From Octopus vulgaris (Eukaryota): a stretch of 64,000 nucleotides of DNA. Location of the stretch: contig OX597842.1 of NCBI GenBank assembly GCA_951406725.2, forward strand, positions 2,542,001 to 2,606,000, given 5' to 3'. The notes under the pieces were generated by a model. The model made no database searches, had not been told where the DNA came from, and saw nothing but the letters and a program-made list of their open reading frames with translations. Within the stretch, counting starts at the first letter, position 1. Each line of letters opens with the position of its first letter. This document shows, piece by piece, positions 24,064-35,659 of the stretch. The position numbers and the translations under genes are program-made.

Positions 24064-24850
24064 CATATATATTCTTTTATTTGTTTATCTGTTTCAGTCA
24101 TTTGACTGCAGCCATGTTTGAGCACTGCCTTTAGTTGACCAATTGACCCCAGGACTTATTCTTTGCAAGCCTGGTACTTAATATATCGGTCTCTTTTGCT
24201 GAACTGCTAAGTTACAAGGACGTAAACACATCAGCATCAGTTGTCAAGTGACATACAAACACATACACATACAAACATTCATATATATATATATATGACA
24301 GGCTTTTTTCAGTTTCTGTCTACCAAATCCACTCACAAGGCTTTGGTCCGCCTGAGGCTGTAGCAGAAGACACTTGCCCAGGGTGTCATGCTGTGGGACT
24401 GAACCTGGTTACCACACAGCCACTCCTTCACCTATATATATAAATAAATGTGTGTGTGTGTGTGTGTGATGCCCATCAAGTAAATGTATGTATGTGTGTT
24501 TCTTCATGTCCCTATAACCTAGCAATTTAGCTAAAAAGGAAATTAGAATAAAGAAACTGTAGCTCGACCTGTTAGAAACAGTAGCCAAATCTCCCTCCAA
24601 TCACACCCTCCCATCTTCTGTATGTATATATGTATGTATGAGCCAATGAAGGAGACCACTACATGGTACATGCACACACACATATATATGACAGGCTTCT
24701 TTCAGTTTCCGTCTACCAAGTGCAATCACAATGCTTTGATTGAAGGCTATAGAAGAAATTTACCCAAGGTGCCATACAGTGGGACTGAACCTGGTACCAT
24801 GTGGTTAGGAAGCAAACTTCTTACCACATAGTCACACCTGCACCTATGAC
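23850..24850. mobile_element. Cluster of SINE family A pieces (+ head 23850-24015; - copy 24075-24432; - head 24688-24850)
   Basis: Similarity to the family A unit in both orientations. Confidence 0.75.
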
Positions 24851-25034
24851 ACAGCTTCACCTATGCCTATATATGTATATATATATATACATTTATAGTC
24901 AGGTTACTAGATTGTACCAGCATTGCTAGAAATAGTAGTTATCACTTATACACACTGGTGAATTTGAATAAATGTGTAAACAGAAAAGTCAACTTGTGAA
25001 CAGTGAGCAAAAATCACAAATTAGTTTGCAGATG

Positions 25035-25470
25035 AAGTATATTTGCCACCTAAATGTGGCTAACCCTTAAAGGTCAATGCTACTGTAGCTTGTAGCCCCA
25101 GGAAGACGTTTCCTCCAGCTGGCTATTAACACACTATCTGTGCCTTATCAGTATTTGCAAAGGGAAGTCATCTTTCCCATCTCCAGCCTGATGTGATACA
25201 CACGGACCCAGGTTTCTGGCTATTGAACCGTCATCAGTGTGTGACAACCACCAGTTGGTGATGGGAAGCGATTCTCAATTCAAATATATATATATATGCT
25301 TTTTCCAGTGACTAAAAGTCACTGATCTCGAAAAAGTGTAAAGAAGCAAGAATAAATCTCTGAGAGAGTGTGTTAATAGCCAGCTGGAGGAGATGTCTTC
25401 CTGGGGCTACAAACTACTGTAGAATTGACACTTAAGGGTTAGCCACATTTAGGTGACAAATATACTTCAA
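25035..25470. mobile_element. Penelope-like remnant with ~105-bp inverted repeats
   Basis: ~25035-25137 and ~25366-25469 are inverted copies (GTGGCTAACCCTTAA...CTCCAGCTGGCTATTAACACACT); the spacer holds a decayed hammerhead. Confidence 0.55.
25199..25243 (-). ncRNA. Decayed minimal type-I hammerhead ribozyme
   Basis: Minus strand cacaca-CTGATGA-cggtt-caat-agcca-GAAAC-CTGG-GTC-cgtgtg; the three defects are all CpG-type transitions. Confidence 0.6.
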
Positions 25471-25689
25471 GATGTCGTGCTGCTACTGTTTATATCTTGC
25501 TCAGAGATTTATTATTGTGAGTTTGCATATGTACTTATATAGAGGTGGTTTTGGACCCTGTGATAAACCCTTAGGTCTCATCAGTGAGTTTTGCTGCTGA
25601 GGACTAATAATACTCACGCCACCATGTGTGTAGCGACCATTTGAATGCAGTGGCAGATTAAAATGTGAATGAAATTATAAAGATATACT

Positions 25690-26336
25690 CTCTTTTTACT
25701 CTCTTTTACTTGTTTCAGTCATTTGACTGTGGCCATGCTGGAGCACCGCCTTTAGTCGAGCAACTCGACCCCAGGACTTATTCTTTGTAAGCCTAGTACT
25801 TATTCTATCAGTCTCTTTTGCCGAACCGCTATGTTACAGGGATGTAAACACACCAGCATTGGTTGTCAAGCGATGTTGGGTGGACAAACACAGATACACA
25901 AACATATACACACACACATACATATATACGGTGGGCTTCTTTCAGTTTCCATCTACCAAATCCACTCACAAGGCTCAGTCTGAGGCTATAGTAGAAGACA
26001 CTTGCTCAAGGTGCCATGCAGTGGGACTGAACCCGGAAGCCTTGTGAGTGGATTTGGTAGACAGAAACTGAAAGAAGCCCGTCGTATATATGTATGTGTG
26101 TGTATATGTTTGTGTGTCTGTGTTTGCCCCCCCCCCCCCACACACACACACACAACTTCACTTGACAACCAATGCTGGTGTGTATACGTCCCCGTAACTT
26201 AGCGGTTTGGCAAAAAGAGACCAATAGAATAAGTACTAGTCTTACAAAGAATAAGTCCTGCGATCGATTTGCTCGACTAAAGGCGGTGCTCCAGCATGGC
26301 CACATTCAAATGACTGAAATAAGTAAAAGAGTAAAA
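25690..26336. mobile_element. Two SINE family A copies fused head-to-head (- 25690-26037; + 26038-26336)
   Basis: Orientation switches at GAACCCGG|AAGCCTTGTG; both heads are truncated. Confidence 0.8.
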
Positions 26337-26369
26337 GTGTACATGCAAATATAAGAAAATTGGACCTCA

Positions 26370-26605
26370 TATGGAGATTTGGCTGCTATTTCTACCAGGT
26401 CTAGCTACCATGTAGAGGTCTCTCTCATTGGCTCATACGTATATACATACATAAAACAGTTGGGTGCAATTTGAGGGAGATTTGGCTGCTATTTCTACCA
26501 GGTCTAGCTACCATGTAGAGGTCTCCCTCATTGGCTCATACACACATAAGACAGTAGGGTGTGATTTGAGGGAGGTATGGGTGCTATTTCTACCAGATCT
26601 AGCTG
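26370..26605 (+). repeat. ~105-bp unit array (GGAGATTTGGCTGCTATTTCTACCAG family), about 2.5 copies
   Basis: Same unit as 41220-41790. Confidence 0.85.
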
Positions 26606-26619
26606 CTCACTTGTCTTGT

Positions 26620-26725
26620 TAGTTTTGAGTCACAAACAATTAGTGAGTCAGCTGAGTTTAATTTGCATAATTTTGTCAGTCAGCTCAGCTAATTTGCATA
26701 ATTAAAGCTAATTTGCCTCAGCCCC
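26620..26725. promoter_or_regulatory. AP-1/Sox/POU-octamer motif cluster (candidate enhancer)
   Basis: TGAGTCA at 26626 and 26644, AACAAT at 26635, identical TAATTTGCATAATT at 26659 and 26690, ATTTGCCT at 26711. Confidence 0.5.
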
Positions 26726-26886
26726 CTTCCTCACCCTGTTGTACACTACACATTAGAAATCCATTTGTTGAGCGGTAGGGGTAAGGAAATTGTTGAGGGG
26801 ACAGGTGGTGGAGAGTGATGTGAAGTGGGGTGGGTATGGCAGGGACTATGTTGCTTCTCGGGAAGACGATAATGATGATGATGATG

Positions 26887-26926
<40 letters not shown>

Positions 26927-26984
26927 GTAGTAGTAGTAGTGTAATGGTATGTGTGTGTGTAGGTTTGTTGTAATGTTCTACTGT

Positions 26985-27360
26985 TGCTGATGATGATGTT
27001 GACAATGTTGATGATGATGATGGTGGTGATGGCAATGATGATGATGACGATGGTGGTGGTGATGATGTTAATGACAATGCTGATGATGATGGTGGTGTTG
27101 ATGGCGATGATGATGGTGGTGGTGGTGGTGATGATGTTAATGACAATGCTGATGATGATGGTGGTGTTGATGGTGATGATGGCGATGATGGTGGTGGTGG
27201 TGATGATGTTAATGAACGCTGATGATGATGGTGGTGTAGATAGCATGATGATGATGACAATGATGATGATGACAGTTGTGATGATGATGGTGGTAGCGAA
27301 AGAAAGATGATACTGAAGATGATATTGGTGGCAATGATGATGATGATAATGATGATGATA
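26985..27360. repeat. (GAT/GGT)n low-complexity repeat with a higher-order unit
   Basis: GATGATGTTAATGACAATGCTGATG recurs. Confidence 0.9.
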
Positions 27361-27519
27361 AAAATAATTTGATGTAATAGACCAAAAAAAATTTCAGGCT
27401 TTGTGCCTAAAGTTGAAAGGGTTACTAAGGTGATGACCTGGCAGCATCATCAGCACACCAGACAAAATGCTTTGTGGCATTTTGTCCATATTTACATTCT
27501 GAGAATAAATCCCACCAAG

Positions 27520-28055
27520 AATCGAAATCGATCAACACCAATGGAAATTGAAGCTGTGATACCAGTGCCAGTGGCACATAAGAGAACCATCTGAACATGG
27601 CCATTGCCAGCCCCACCCCGACGGGCCTCCGTGCCGGTGGCACATAAAAAGTACCATCCGATCGCGGCCGTTGCCAGCCTCGCCTGGCCCCCGTGCCAGT
27701 GGCACGTAAAAAGCACCATCTGATCGTGGCCGTTTGCGAGCCTCGTCTGGCCCCCGTGCCGGTGGCACGTAAAAAGCAACATCCGATCGTGGCCATTGCC
27801 AGCCTCACCTGGCCCCCGTGCTGGTGGCACATAAAAAGCACCATCCGATCGTGTCCGTTTGCCAGCCTCATCTGGCACGTAAAAAGCACCCACTACACTC
27901 ACAGAGTTGTTGGCGTTAGGAAGGGCATTTAGCTGTAGAAACACTGCCAGATCAGACTGGGCCTGGTGCAGCCTTCTGGCTTCCCAGACCCCAGTTGAAC
28001 CGTCCAACCCATGCTAACATGGAAAGCAGACGCTAAATGATGATGATGATGATGA
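27520..28055 (+). mobile_element. SINE-like family C with five internal ~60-bp tandem repeats
   Basis: GTGCCGGTGGCACGTAAAAAGCACCATCCGATCGTGGCCGTTGCCAGCCTC repeated, then GGCGTTAGGAAGGGCAT core and (GAT)n tail. Confidence 0.8.
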
Positions 28056-28506
28056 ACGACTTCACCGTTCTTCCTTTCTTTCCTTCCTGATGAAATAAGT
28101 ACCAGTTGTATACTGGGGTCAGTGTAATCAACTTTTTGTTATGATGTAGTGTTTCCCACATCATAGCCATTGTTGCAACCGTAGCTGTTGTATCTGTTCT
28201 AATGACCACAATATTTTCTTGGTATCAGATATAGGGTATCTCTTCTATACCAGAATGGTAACACACTGCCTTCGTCTATTGTGCCAACGCTGATAGCTCT
28301 GCAAGGCTTTGAACCGTCTAGCTTGACTGTGACTCAAACTCGACTCTGACACATAACTTTGTGCCCATAGTACAAAGGATTATTATTATAGACGTCACAC
28401 AGTATCTGATACTGTGATGTTGTTTATTGAAGATATTGTGTCCACCGGGGGGTTTGTACTGTTTGTCAAGTCCCAACAAGGACTTCAGACACACGGTACT
28501 TTAAGG

Positions 28507-28707
28507 CAGTGGTTTTCAAGCAGGGTTCCGCCAGTACAGTCCAGGGGTTCTGCAAGAAGTTACAAAACTGTTAAAATCGGCAGTAATTTTTAATTCTCCT
28601 GTGCAGATATGTGTGCATAAGACTATTAAATTATTGCACAGGGGTTCCTCGAGCCAGTGGAATGCTTCCTTGGGGTTCCGCTCCAGCAAAAATGTTGAAA
28701 AGCACTG
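28507..28707. mobile_element. hAT (Charlie-like) MITE
   Basis: TIRs CAGTGGTTTTCAA / TTGAAAAGCACTG; perfect 8-bp TSD CTTTAAGG (28499-28506 and 28708-28715). Confidence 0.85.
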
Positions 28708-28711
28708 CTTT

Positions 28712-29162
28712 AAGGCAGCGAGCTGGCAGAATCGTTAGCACACCGGGCGAAATGCTTAGCGGTATTTCGTCTGCCGTTATGTTGTGAGTTCAAATTCCAC
28801 CGAGGGCGACTTTGCCTTTCATCCTTTCGGGGTCGATAAATTAAGTACCAGTTGCACACTGGGGTCAATGTAATCGACTTAATACCAATGTCTGTCCTTG
28901 TTTGTCGCCTCTATGTTTAGCCCCTTGTGGGTAATAAAGAAATAAGAAACGTTAGCACACCGGGCGAAAGGCTTAGTGGTATTTCAGCTGCCGTTACGTT
29001 GTGAGTTCAAATTCCACCGAGGTCGACTTTGCCTTTCATCCTTTCGGGGTCGATAAATTAAGTACCAGTTACACACTGGGGTCGATGTAATCGACTTAAT
29101 ACCTATGTCTGTCCTTGTTTGTCCCCTCTGTGTTTAGCCCCTTGTGGATAATTAAGAAATAG
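28712..29162 (+). mobile_element. SINE family B dimer (tRNA-like head, GCCTTTCATCCTTTCGGGGTCGATAAA central domain, long tail)
   Basis: TGGCAGAATCGTTAG A-box-like and GAGTTCAAATTC B-box-like; central domain resembles the Deu/Nin domain (from memory); second unit starts ~28945. Confidence 0.8.
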
Positions 29163-29311
29163 GTACTTTATGCAATATGCGTGAAGTTCCAAGTAATGCC
29201 AACTTTTGCAATACACCTTGATTGTAGGGTTTCTCTAAGGTTTTCAGATGTTGTTGAACCCAATATCATTATTATCATCATCATCCATCATCATCATCAT
29301 CATTGTTATTG

Positions 29312-29366
<55 letters not shown>

Positions 29367-29367
<1 letters not shown>

Positions 29368-29808
29368 GCAGTGAGCTTGTAGAATTGTTAGCACATTGGG
29401 CATAAAGCTTAGCAGCATTTCCACAGTTGTTACATTCTGAGTTCAAATCCCACTGAGGTCAACTTTGCCTGTCATCCTTTCAGGGTCAATATTGGAGTCA
29501 ATGTGATTGATTAATGCCCCTCCCCACAAATTCCAGGCCTTGTGCCTATATTAAAAAGAATTATTATTATCATTATTATTATTATTGCTATTAAGGTAGT
29601 GAGCTGGCAGAATCGTTAGTACGCCAGGCGAAATGTCTTAGCGGTATTTCGTCTGCCGTTACATTCTGAGTTCAAATTCCACCAAGGTCAGCTTTTCCTT
29701 TCATCCTTTCAGGGATGAAAGGAAGAAAGTACCAGTTAAACACTGGGGTCGATGCAATCAACTCATCCCCTCCCCTAAAATTGCTGCCCTTGTGGCAAAA
29801 TCCAAAAC

Positions 29809-29810
<2 letters not shown>
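29367..29810 (+). mobile_element. Two SINE family B copies with short tails, embedded in (ATT)n
   Basis: Family B head and body; tails GGCCTTGTGCCTATA... and GCCCTTGTGGCAAAA... Confidence 0.75.
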
Positions 29811-29845
<35 letters not shown>

Positions 29846-29875
29846 ATATATGTTATTATTATTAATATATATATA

Positions 29876-30031
29876 GGCACAGGAGTGGCTGTGTGGTAAG
29901 TAGCTTGCTTACGAACCACATGGTTCTGGGTTCAGTCCCACTGCATATTACCTTGGGCAAGTGTCTTCTACTATAGCCTCGGGCCGACCAGTTTGGTAGA
30001 CGGAAACTGAAAGAAGATTGTTGTATATATG

Positions 30032-30088
<57 letters not shown>

Positions 30089-30305
30089 ATGTGTCTGCAT
30101 ATGTTTCTGTGTCTGTGTTTGTTCCCACAACATCACTTGACAACCGATGGTGTTGTGTATACGACCCTGTAACTTAGCGGTTCGGCAAGAGAGACCGATA
30201 GAATAAGTACTAGGCTTACAAAGAATAAGTCCTAGGATCGATTTGCTCGACTAAAGGCGGTGCCCCAGCATGGCCACAGTCAAATGACTGAAACAAGTAA
30301 AAGAG
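29876..30305 (+). mobile_element. SINE family A, full-length
   Basis: Family A unit. Confidence 0.85.
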
Positions 30306-30699
30306 TATGTATGTATGAGTCAATGAAGACCATAGCAATGGTAGATAGACCTTGTAGAAATAGTAGCCAAATCTCCCTCAAATCACACTCTACTGTCTTC
30401 TTTATGTATATATGTGTGTATGAATCAATGAGGGAGATTTCAACATGGTAGTCAGACCTGGTAGAAATAGCAGCCAAATTTCCTTCAAATAACATTTTGT
30501 TGTTTCAAAAAAAAAACAAACAAAAAAAAAGCAGAAGTAAAGAAGACATTTCAGCATCTTTAAAAAAGACGAAGTGGCCATGGTTGGAGCGTCTAGGTGG
30601 CGGTTATGAAATCATTGCTGCAACAACAGCAACAAAAAAATCAATAACACCAACCACCTGTGATGCTGACTTAAACTGGTCCCTGAATCCTTTGGAATG

Positions 30700-31525
30700 T
30701 GGGTAAAGCTGTCCCCTTATCCCTGGTCTTAGTCATTTATCCCCCGCTCTCCCTCAAACACACATACGGTATTAAAATAAGGAGGGGGTTAGGAGAGGAA
30801 GGAGCCTCCCTTTCCCCTCTTGCACCCACCTGCCACATGGAATGCTTTTATGTTTTTATTCATTTTTTTAATTAGTGCTACGTCATCAAATTAGTATGAC
30901 TGGACAGTGACTTTGTTGGGGAAATGGTAATTATTAGCAATGATGAAATCACCTAGACATACACAGTGGCGGCGGGGGGAGTGGCCGAGGGGGGGGGAGA
31001 GAATAATAATAAAGGGCCACTGGGTGGGAAGGGATGAATGGACCCAGGGTGGTGGTAGTATTGGTGATGGTGGCGGTAGTGGTAGTGGTGATGATGATAG
31101 TGGTTGTGATGTTGATCGTGGGTGATGTTATGATGATGGTAGTGTTGGTGGTGTTGTTGTTGGTGGTGGTGATGGTGGTGATAATGGTGGTGTTGTTGTT
31201 GTTGTTGGTGGTGGTGGTGTTGTTGTTGGTGATGGTAGTGGTATTGTTGGTGGTGGTGGTTGTGATGATGGTGATGTTAACAGTGCTGATGAAGATGTTG
31301 GTGGTGGTGGTGGTGTTGATGGAATTGGCGATGATGATTGTGGGTGATGTTATGATGGTGGTGGTGCTGGTGGTGGTGTTGTTGTTGTTGTTGTTGTTGG
31401 TGGTGGTGGTGATGGTGGTGATGATGGTGGTGTTGTTGGTGGTGGTGTTGTTGGTGATGATGATGGTAGTGGTGTGGATGGTGAAGGTAATGGTGATAAT
31501 GGTGAAGTCGATGAAGATGATGATT

Positions 31526-31558
<33 letters not shown>

Positions 31559-31800
31559 GTAGAGCTGATGTTGGTGAAGGTAATGATGGTGGTGTTCTTG
31601 CTATGTTGCCATTGATGATCATGGAGTTGTTGTTGTTGTTGTTAACGATGGTGATGAAGTGGGCAGGGGTTAAATGCCTTTGTTAATTTCAAAATGGAAT
31701 GAAGTGTCATCAAGATAAAAGGGTTTAAGGAGTCAATTCAGACAAGACAAAGAAGAGCAGGAGAAGGGAGTGTAAAAGTGGGCAGTTTGTTGTTACAAAA
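30700..31800. promoter_or_regulatory. Copy 1 of an old duplicated non-coding module (paralogue of 33990-34420), split by a (GGT/GAT/GTT)n expansion at ~31040-31650
   Basis: 30871-30912 matches 34104-34145 at 38/42 ungapped; 31678-31724 resembles 34311-34359. Confidence 0.5.
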
Positions 31801-32051
31801 CTAGGGTGGAACAATGAAGAACAGGACGAGGTGGGGTTGTTCGCATTATTTACTGGAATCAACAGATTATGTTTCTGTTGTGTTTGCTGTCAATGTTTTG
31901 TTGCTACTTTGTTGTTGATGCGTCAGGCTTGTTGTTGTATTTCAGCCATGGGGGTCAGGCATTTCGTTGTTGTTGTTGTTGCAGTTGTGTGTCTTGTTGT
32001 TGTAACATGCTACAGTTGAAACTTAGATCATGCTGGTTTTTGAGCACTACT

Positions 32052-32437
32052 CTCTTTTACTTGTTTCAGTCATTTGATTGTGGCCATGCTGGAGCAAATC
32101 AACCTCAGGACTTACTTTTTGTAAGCCTAGTATTTATTCTATCGATCTCTTTTGCCGAACCACTAAGTTATAGGGACGTAAACATACCAGCATTGGTTGT
32201 CAAGCGACATTGGGGGACAGACACAGACACACAAACATATACACACACATACATATATACATATACATATATACCACGGGCTTCTTTCAGTTTCCGTCTA
32301 CCAAATCCACTCACAAGGCTTTGGTTGGCCCGAGGCTATAGTAGAAGACACTTGCCCAAGGTGCCATGCAGTGGGACTGAACCCTGAACTATGTGGTTTG
32401 TAAGCAAGCTACTTACCACACAGCCACTCCTGCATCT
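32052..32437 (-). mobile_element. SINE family A
   Basis: Family A unit with a small internal deletion. Confidence 0.85.
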
Positions 32438-33234
32438 ATACTTGAACAAATCCCTCCTTGTACTTAATTTTAAAGTTTGATATTTACTCTGTCTGTTCCT
32501 TTTGCCAAACTGCTAAGTTAAGAGGAAGTAACCAAAGCAACATCAACTTCAGAATCATTTAATGTCCATTGTCCATGCCAAATACTAAGCGAACAAAGAT
32601 GAACCATCCCACTTCCTTTGCACATGCACAAACATACGTGCACACACACACACATTTACATACCTCCCTTTTACATACACACACACATATTCACACAGAG
32701 TTGAAATGCTGTTTGATTTATTTTTTCATCGTACAATTTTCATCATCCCACTACCAAGTATGACATCACCCCTTCCTTCCTTATTAATCTTTCACCCCTT
32801 CCTTTCTCATTCATAACCACAAGAGTATTATTATAGTAGATTATCTCGGTAACCATGAGAGCTATGAAAAAATACAAAGCCCACCGGATCATTCTACACA
32901 TCTGTGTAATTTTTCGCGCAATTCCACCCAGCCATTTGACCGTGAATCCTAAGACGAAGAAAGAATCACCCATGGCACATTTATATGTATAAATATATAA
33001 CTGGAATTCTGTCAGTTACCGTGGAATGGTAAGACCAGTAAAGTTGACCTCAGGGGGAGTTGAACCCAAAATATAAAGTTCCACAGCAATTACCCCCAAC
33101 GCATCCTATTCCTACACACTGCTGATAACAACAGCAATGACAACAACTTCTGGTGGTGCTCGGAACTTTCTAGAGAGTCTGGCTGTAGAGGTTGAAGGCT
33201 TTCCATGCTCCACCTTCAACTCACTGGTTTTAGT

Positions 33235-33970
33235 CAAATCACACCCCACTATCTTATGTATGTATATATGAATACATGAGTCAATGAGGGAGACCTCTAC
33301 ATGGTAGCTTGACCTGGAAGAAATAGCAGCCAAATCTCCCTCAATTCACGCCTTACTGTCTTATGTATGTATGAGGCAATGAGAGAGACCACTACATGGT
33401 AGCTAGATCTGGTAGAAATAGCAGCTGAATTTCCTTCAAATCACAGCCCACTGTCTTATGTATGTATATACGTATATATGAGGCAGAGAAGAATATGTCT
33501 TCATGATAGCTTGACCTAGTAGAAATAGCAGCCAAATCTCCTTTAAATCATGCCCTACTGTCTTATGTATGAGCCAAGGAGGGAAACCTGTACATGGTAG
33601 CTTGACCTGATAGAAATAGAAGCTGCATTTCCCTCAAATCGCACCCTACTGTCTTATGTATATATATGCGTGTGTATGAGGCAGAGAGGAAAACCTCTTC
33701 ATGGTTGCTAAACCTGGTAGAAATAGCAGCCAAATCCACCTCAAATCACACCTTTTGTCTTATATATGTATGTATATATATGTATGATAAAACTTACTTG
33801 GAAATGGATGTGTTGAGTTCATCATATAATATAAATAATGTTGTCCCCTCTTTTGTCTGCTCTGCGTTTTGAGGGAGACCTGTATATGGTAGCTTGACCT
33901 TGTAGAAATAGCAGCCAAATCTCCCTCAAATCACATCCTACTGTCTTATGTATGTATATGTATGAGCGAA
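33235..33970 (-). repeat. ~105-bp unit array (reverse orientation), about 6 copies; further copies at 24560-24670, 30320-30490, 39830-39912 and 40370-40700
   Basis: GGTAGAAATAGCAGCCAAATCTCCCTCAAATCACACCCTACTGTCTTATG recurs. Confidence 0.85.
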
Positions 33971-33989
33971 TTTATATATATATATACAT

Positions 33990-34420
33990 GTATTAACCAC
34001 CTCCTCACTGGTCTTAGAGCTTGCTTCCCTCCTAGACACACAATGCAAACTCCAGGCATGGAATCATTCCCACACACCCTACAGGTGTAATTATATTTTT
34101 GTGATTAGTGACACGTCATCTAATTAGTATGATTGGACAGTGACTAGCACTGGAATGTTAATTGGTGTGATGATTACAAGCAGGTTAGGCTTAAAGAAAT
34201 CCCCCAGCCTCACACCCCAGATAATAAGAGCAAGGAAGGGAGCAGCAGGGGTTAGTGGAGAATGGTTGAACAAACCCTGGGTGATGGTGGTGGTAGTGGA
34301 GGGGGGGCATCCTTTGTTGATTCAGAAATGAGATGAGGTGTCATTAAGATAAAAAGGGTGTTGATTCAGAGTAGAGTAGAAGGGAAAAAGGGTGGAACAG
34401 GGGTCAGTGTAGTTTTCATT
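33990..34420. promoter_or_regulatory. Copy 2 of the duplicated non-coding module
   Basis: Contains GTGACACGTCATCTAATTAG (bZIP plus homeodomain motifs) and CCTTTGTT...GTGTCATTAAGATAAAA. Confidence 0.5.
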
Positions 34421-34434
34421 TAACTAGTAAGCTT

Positions 34435-34830
34435 ATACATTAGATAACGTAGTCCAAGATACACTAGGTCTGAGTAAAAGATGGGGTGGTCACTGCTGAA
34501 ACATCTTTGATCATAGGTCGACTGGATCAACTGACCTGGGGCTAAACAACAACTACAAAAAACTATAGCCACTAATACTATTTAGTGTACAGTACATTAG
34601 ATGATGTAGTCCTAGATACACTATGTCTGAATAAAAGATGGGATGGTCATAACTGGAACATCTATGATCATAGGTCGACTGGATCAACTGACCTGGGGCT
34701 AAACAACAGCTACAAAAAAACTATAGCGACTAATACTATTAGTACAGTACATTAGATAATGTACTCCTAGATACAATATGACTGAATAAAAGATGAGATG
34801 GTCATAACTGGAACATCATCTTTAATCATA
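34435..34830 (-). repeat. Three copies of the ~145-bp unit in reverse orientation
   Basis: Reverse complement of the 6690-8070 unit. Confidence 0.85.
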
Positions 34831-34887
34831 TACTGTATGCATATAGCAGAAAGGATTATTATGATTAATATTATTATTATTTATTAC

Positions 34888-34937
<50 letters not shown>

Positions 34938-34938
<1 letters not shown>

Positions 34939-35364
34939 GGTGACGAGCTGGCAGAATCGTTAGTATGCCGGGCGAAATGCTTAGTGGTAGTTTGTCTGCC
35001 GTTACGTTCTGAGTTCAAATTCCGCTGAGGTCAACTTTGCCTTTCATCCTTTCAGAGTCGATAAATTAAGTACCAGTTACGCACTGGGGTCGATGTAATC
35101 GACTTAATCCCTTCATCCTTGTTTGTCCCTTCTATATTTAGCTCCTTGTGGGCAATAAAGAAAAAAGAAGCGTTAGCGTTCTGGGTGTAATGCTTAGCAG
35201 TATTTTGCCTGTCATTACGTTCTGAGTTCAAATTCTACCAAGATTGACTTTCATCCTTTTGGGATCAATAAAATAAGTACCAGTTGAACACCGGGGTCAG
35301 TGTAATCAACTTATCCCCACCTCCTCCAAGCTACCCTTGTGGCAAAAATTTGTAATTATTGTTG

Positions 35365-35422
<58 letters not shown>

Positions 35423-35640
35423 CCTCATTATTTAGGTAGGGAGCTGGCAGATTCATTAGCACACTAGGTGAAATGCTTAGCAGTATTTCATCTGCCACTA
35501 TGTTTTGAGTTCAAATTCCACCGAGGTCAACTTTGCTTTTCATCCTTTCAAGGTCGATTAAATAAGTACCAGTTATGCTCTGGGATCGATGTAATTGACT
35601 TAATCCTCTCCCCCAAGCTACCCTTGTGGCAAAACTTTGA
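34938..35640 (+). mobile_element. SINE family B dimer (34938-35352) and monomer (35433-35640) in (ATT)n
   Basis: Family B head and body. Confidence 0.8.
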
Positions 35641-35659
35641 GATCATTATTATCATTGTT

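Noticed and set aside
28398-28416. Palindrome CACAGTATC-T-GATACTGTG
   Set aside because: A single 9-bp inverted repeat with no supporting context could arise by chance in 64 kb
30871-30912. The conserved 42-bp block as a miRNA or coding exon
   Set aside because: Only a 5-bp stem can form; the minus-strand peptide VTVQSY* has no conserved upstream frame or splice sites between copies
31034-31615. 193-aa hydrophobic ORF resembling a membrane protein (also 26984-27310)
   Set aside because: (GGT/GAT/GTT)n low-complexity tract; the paralogous module at 34.2 kb lacks it
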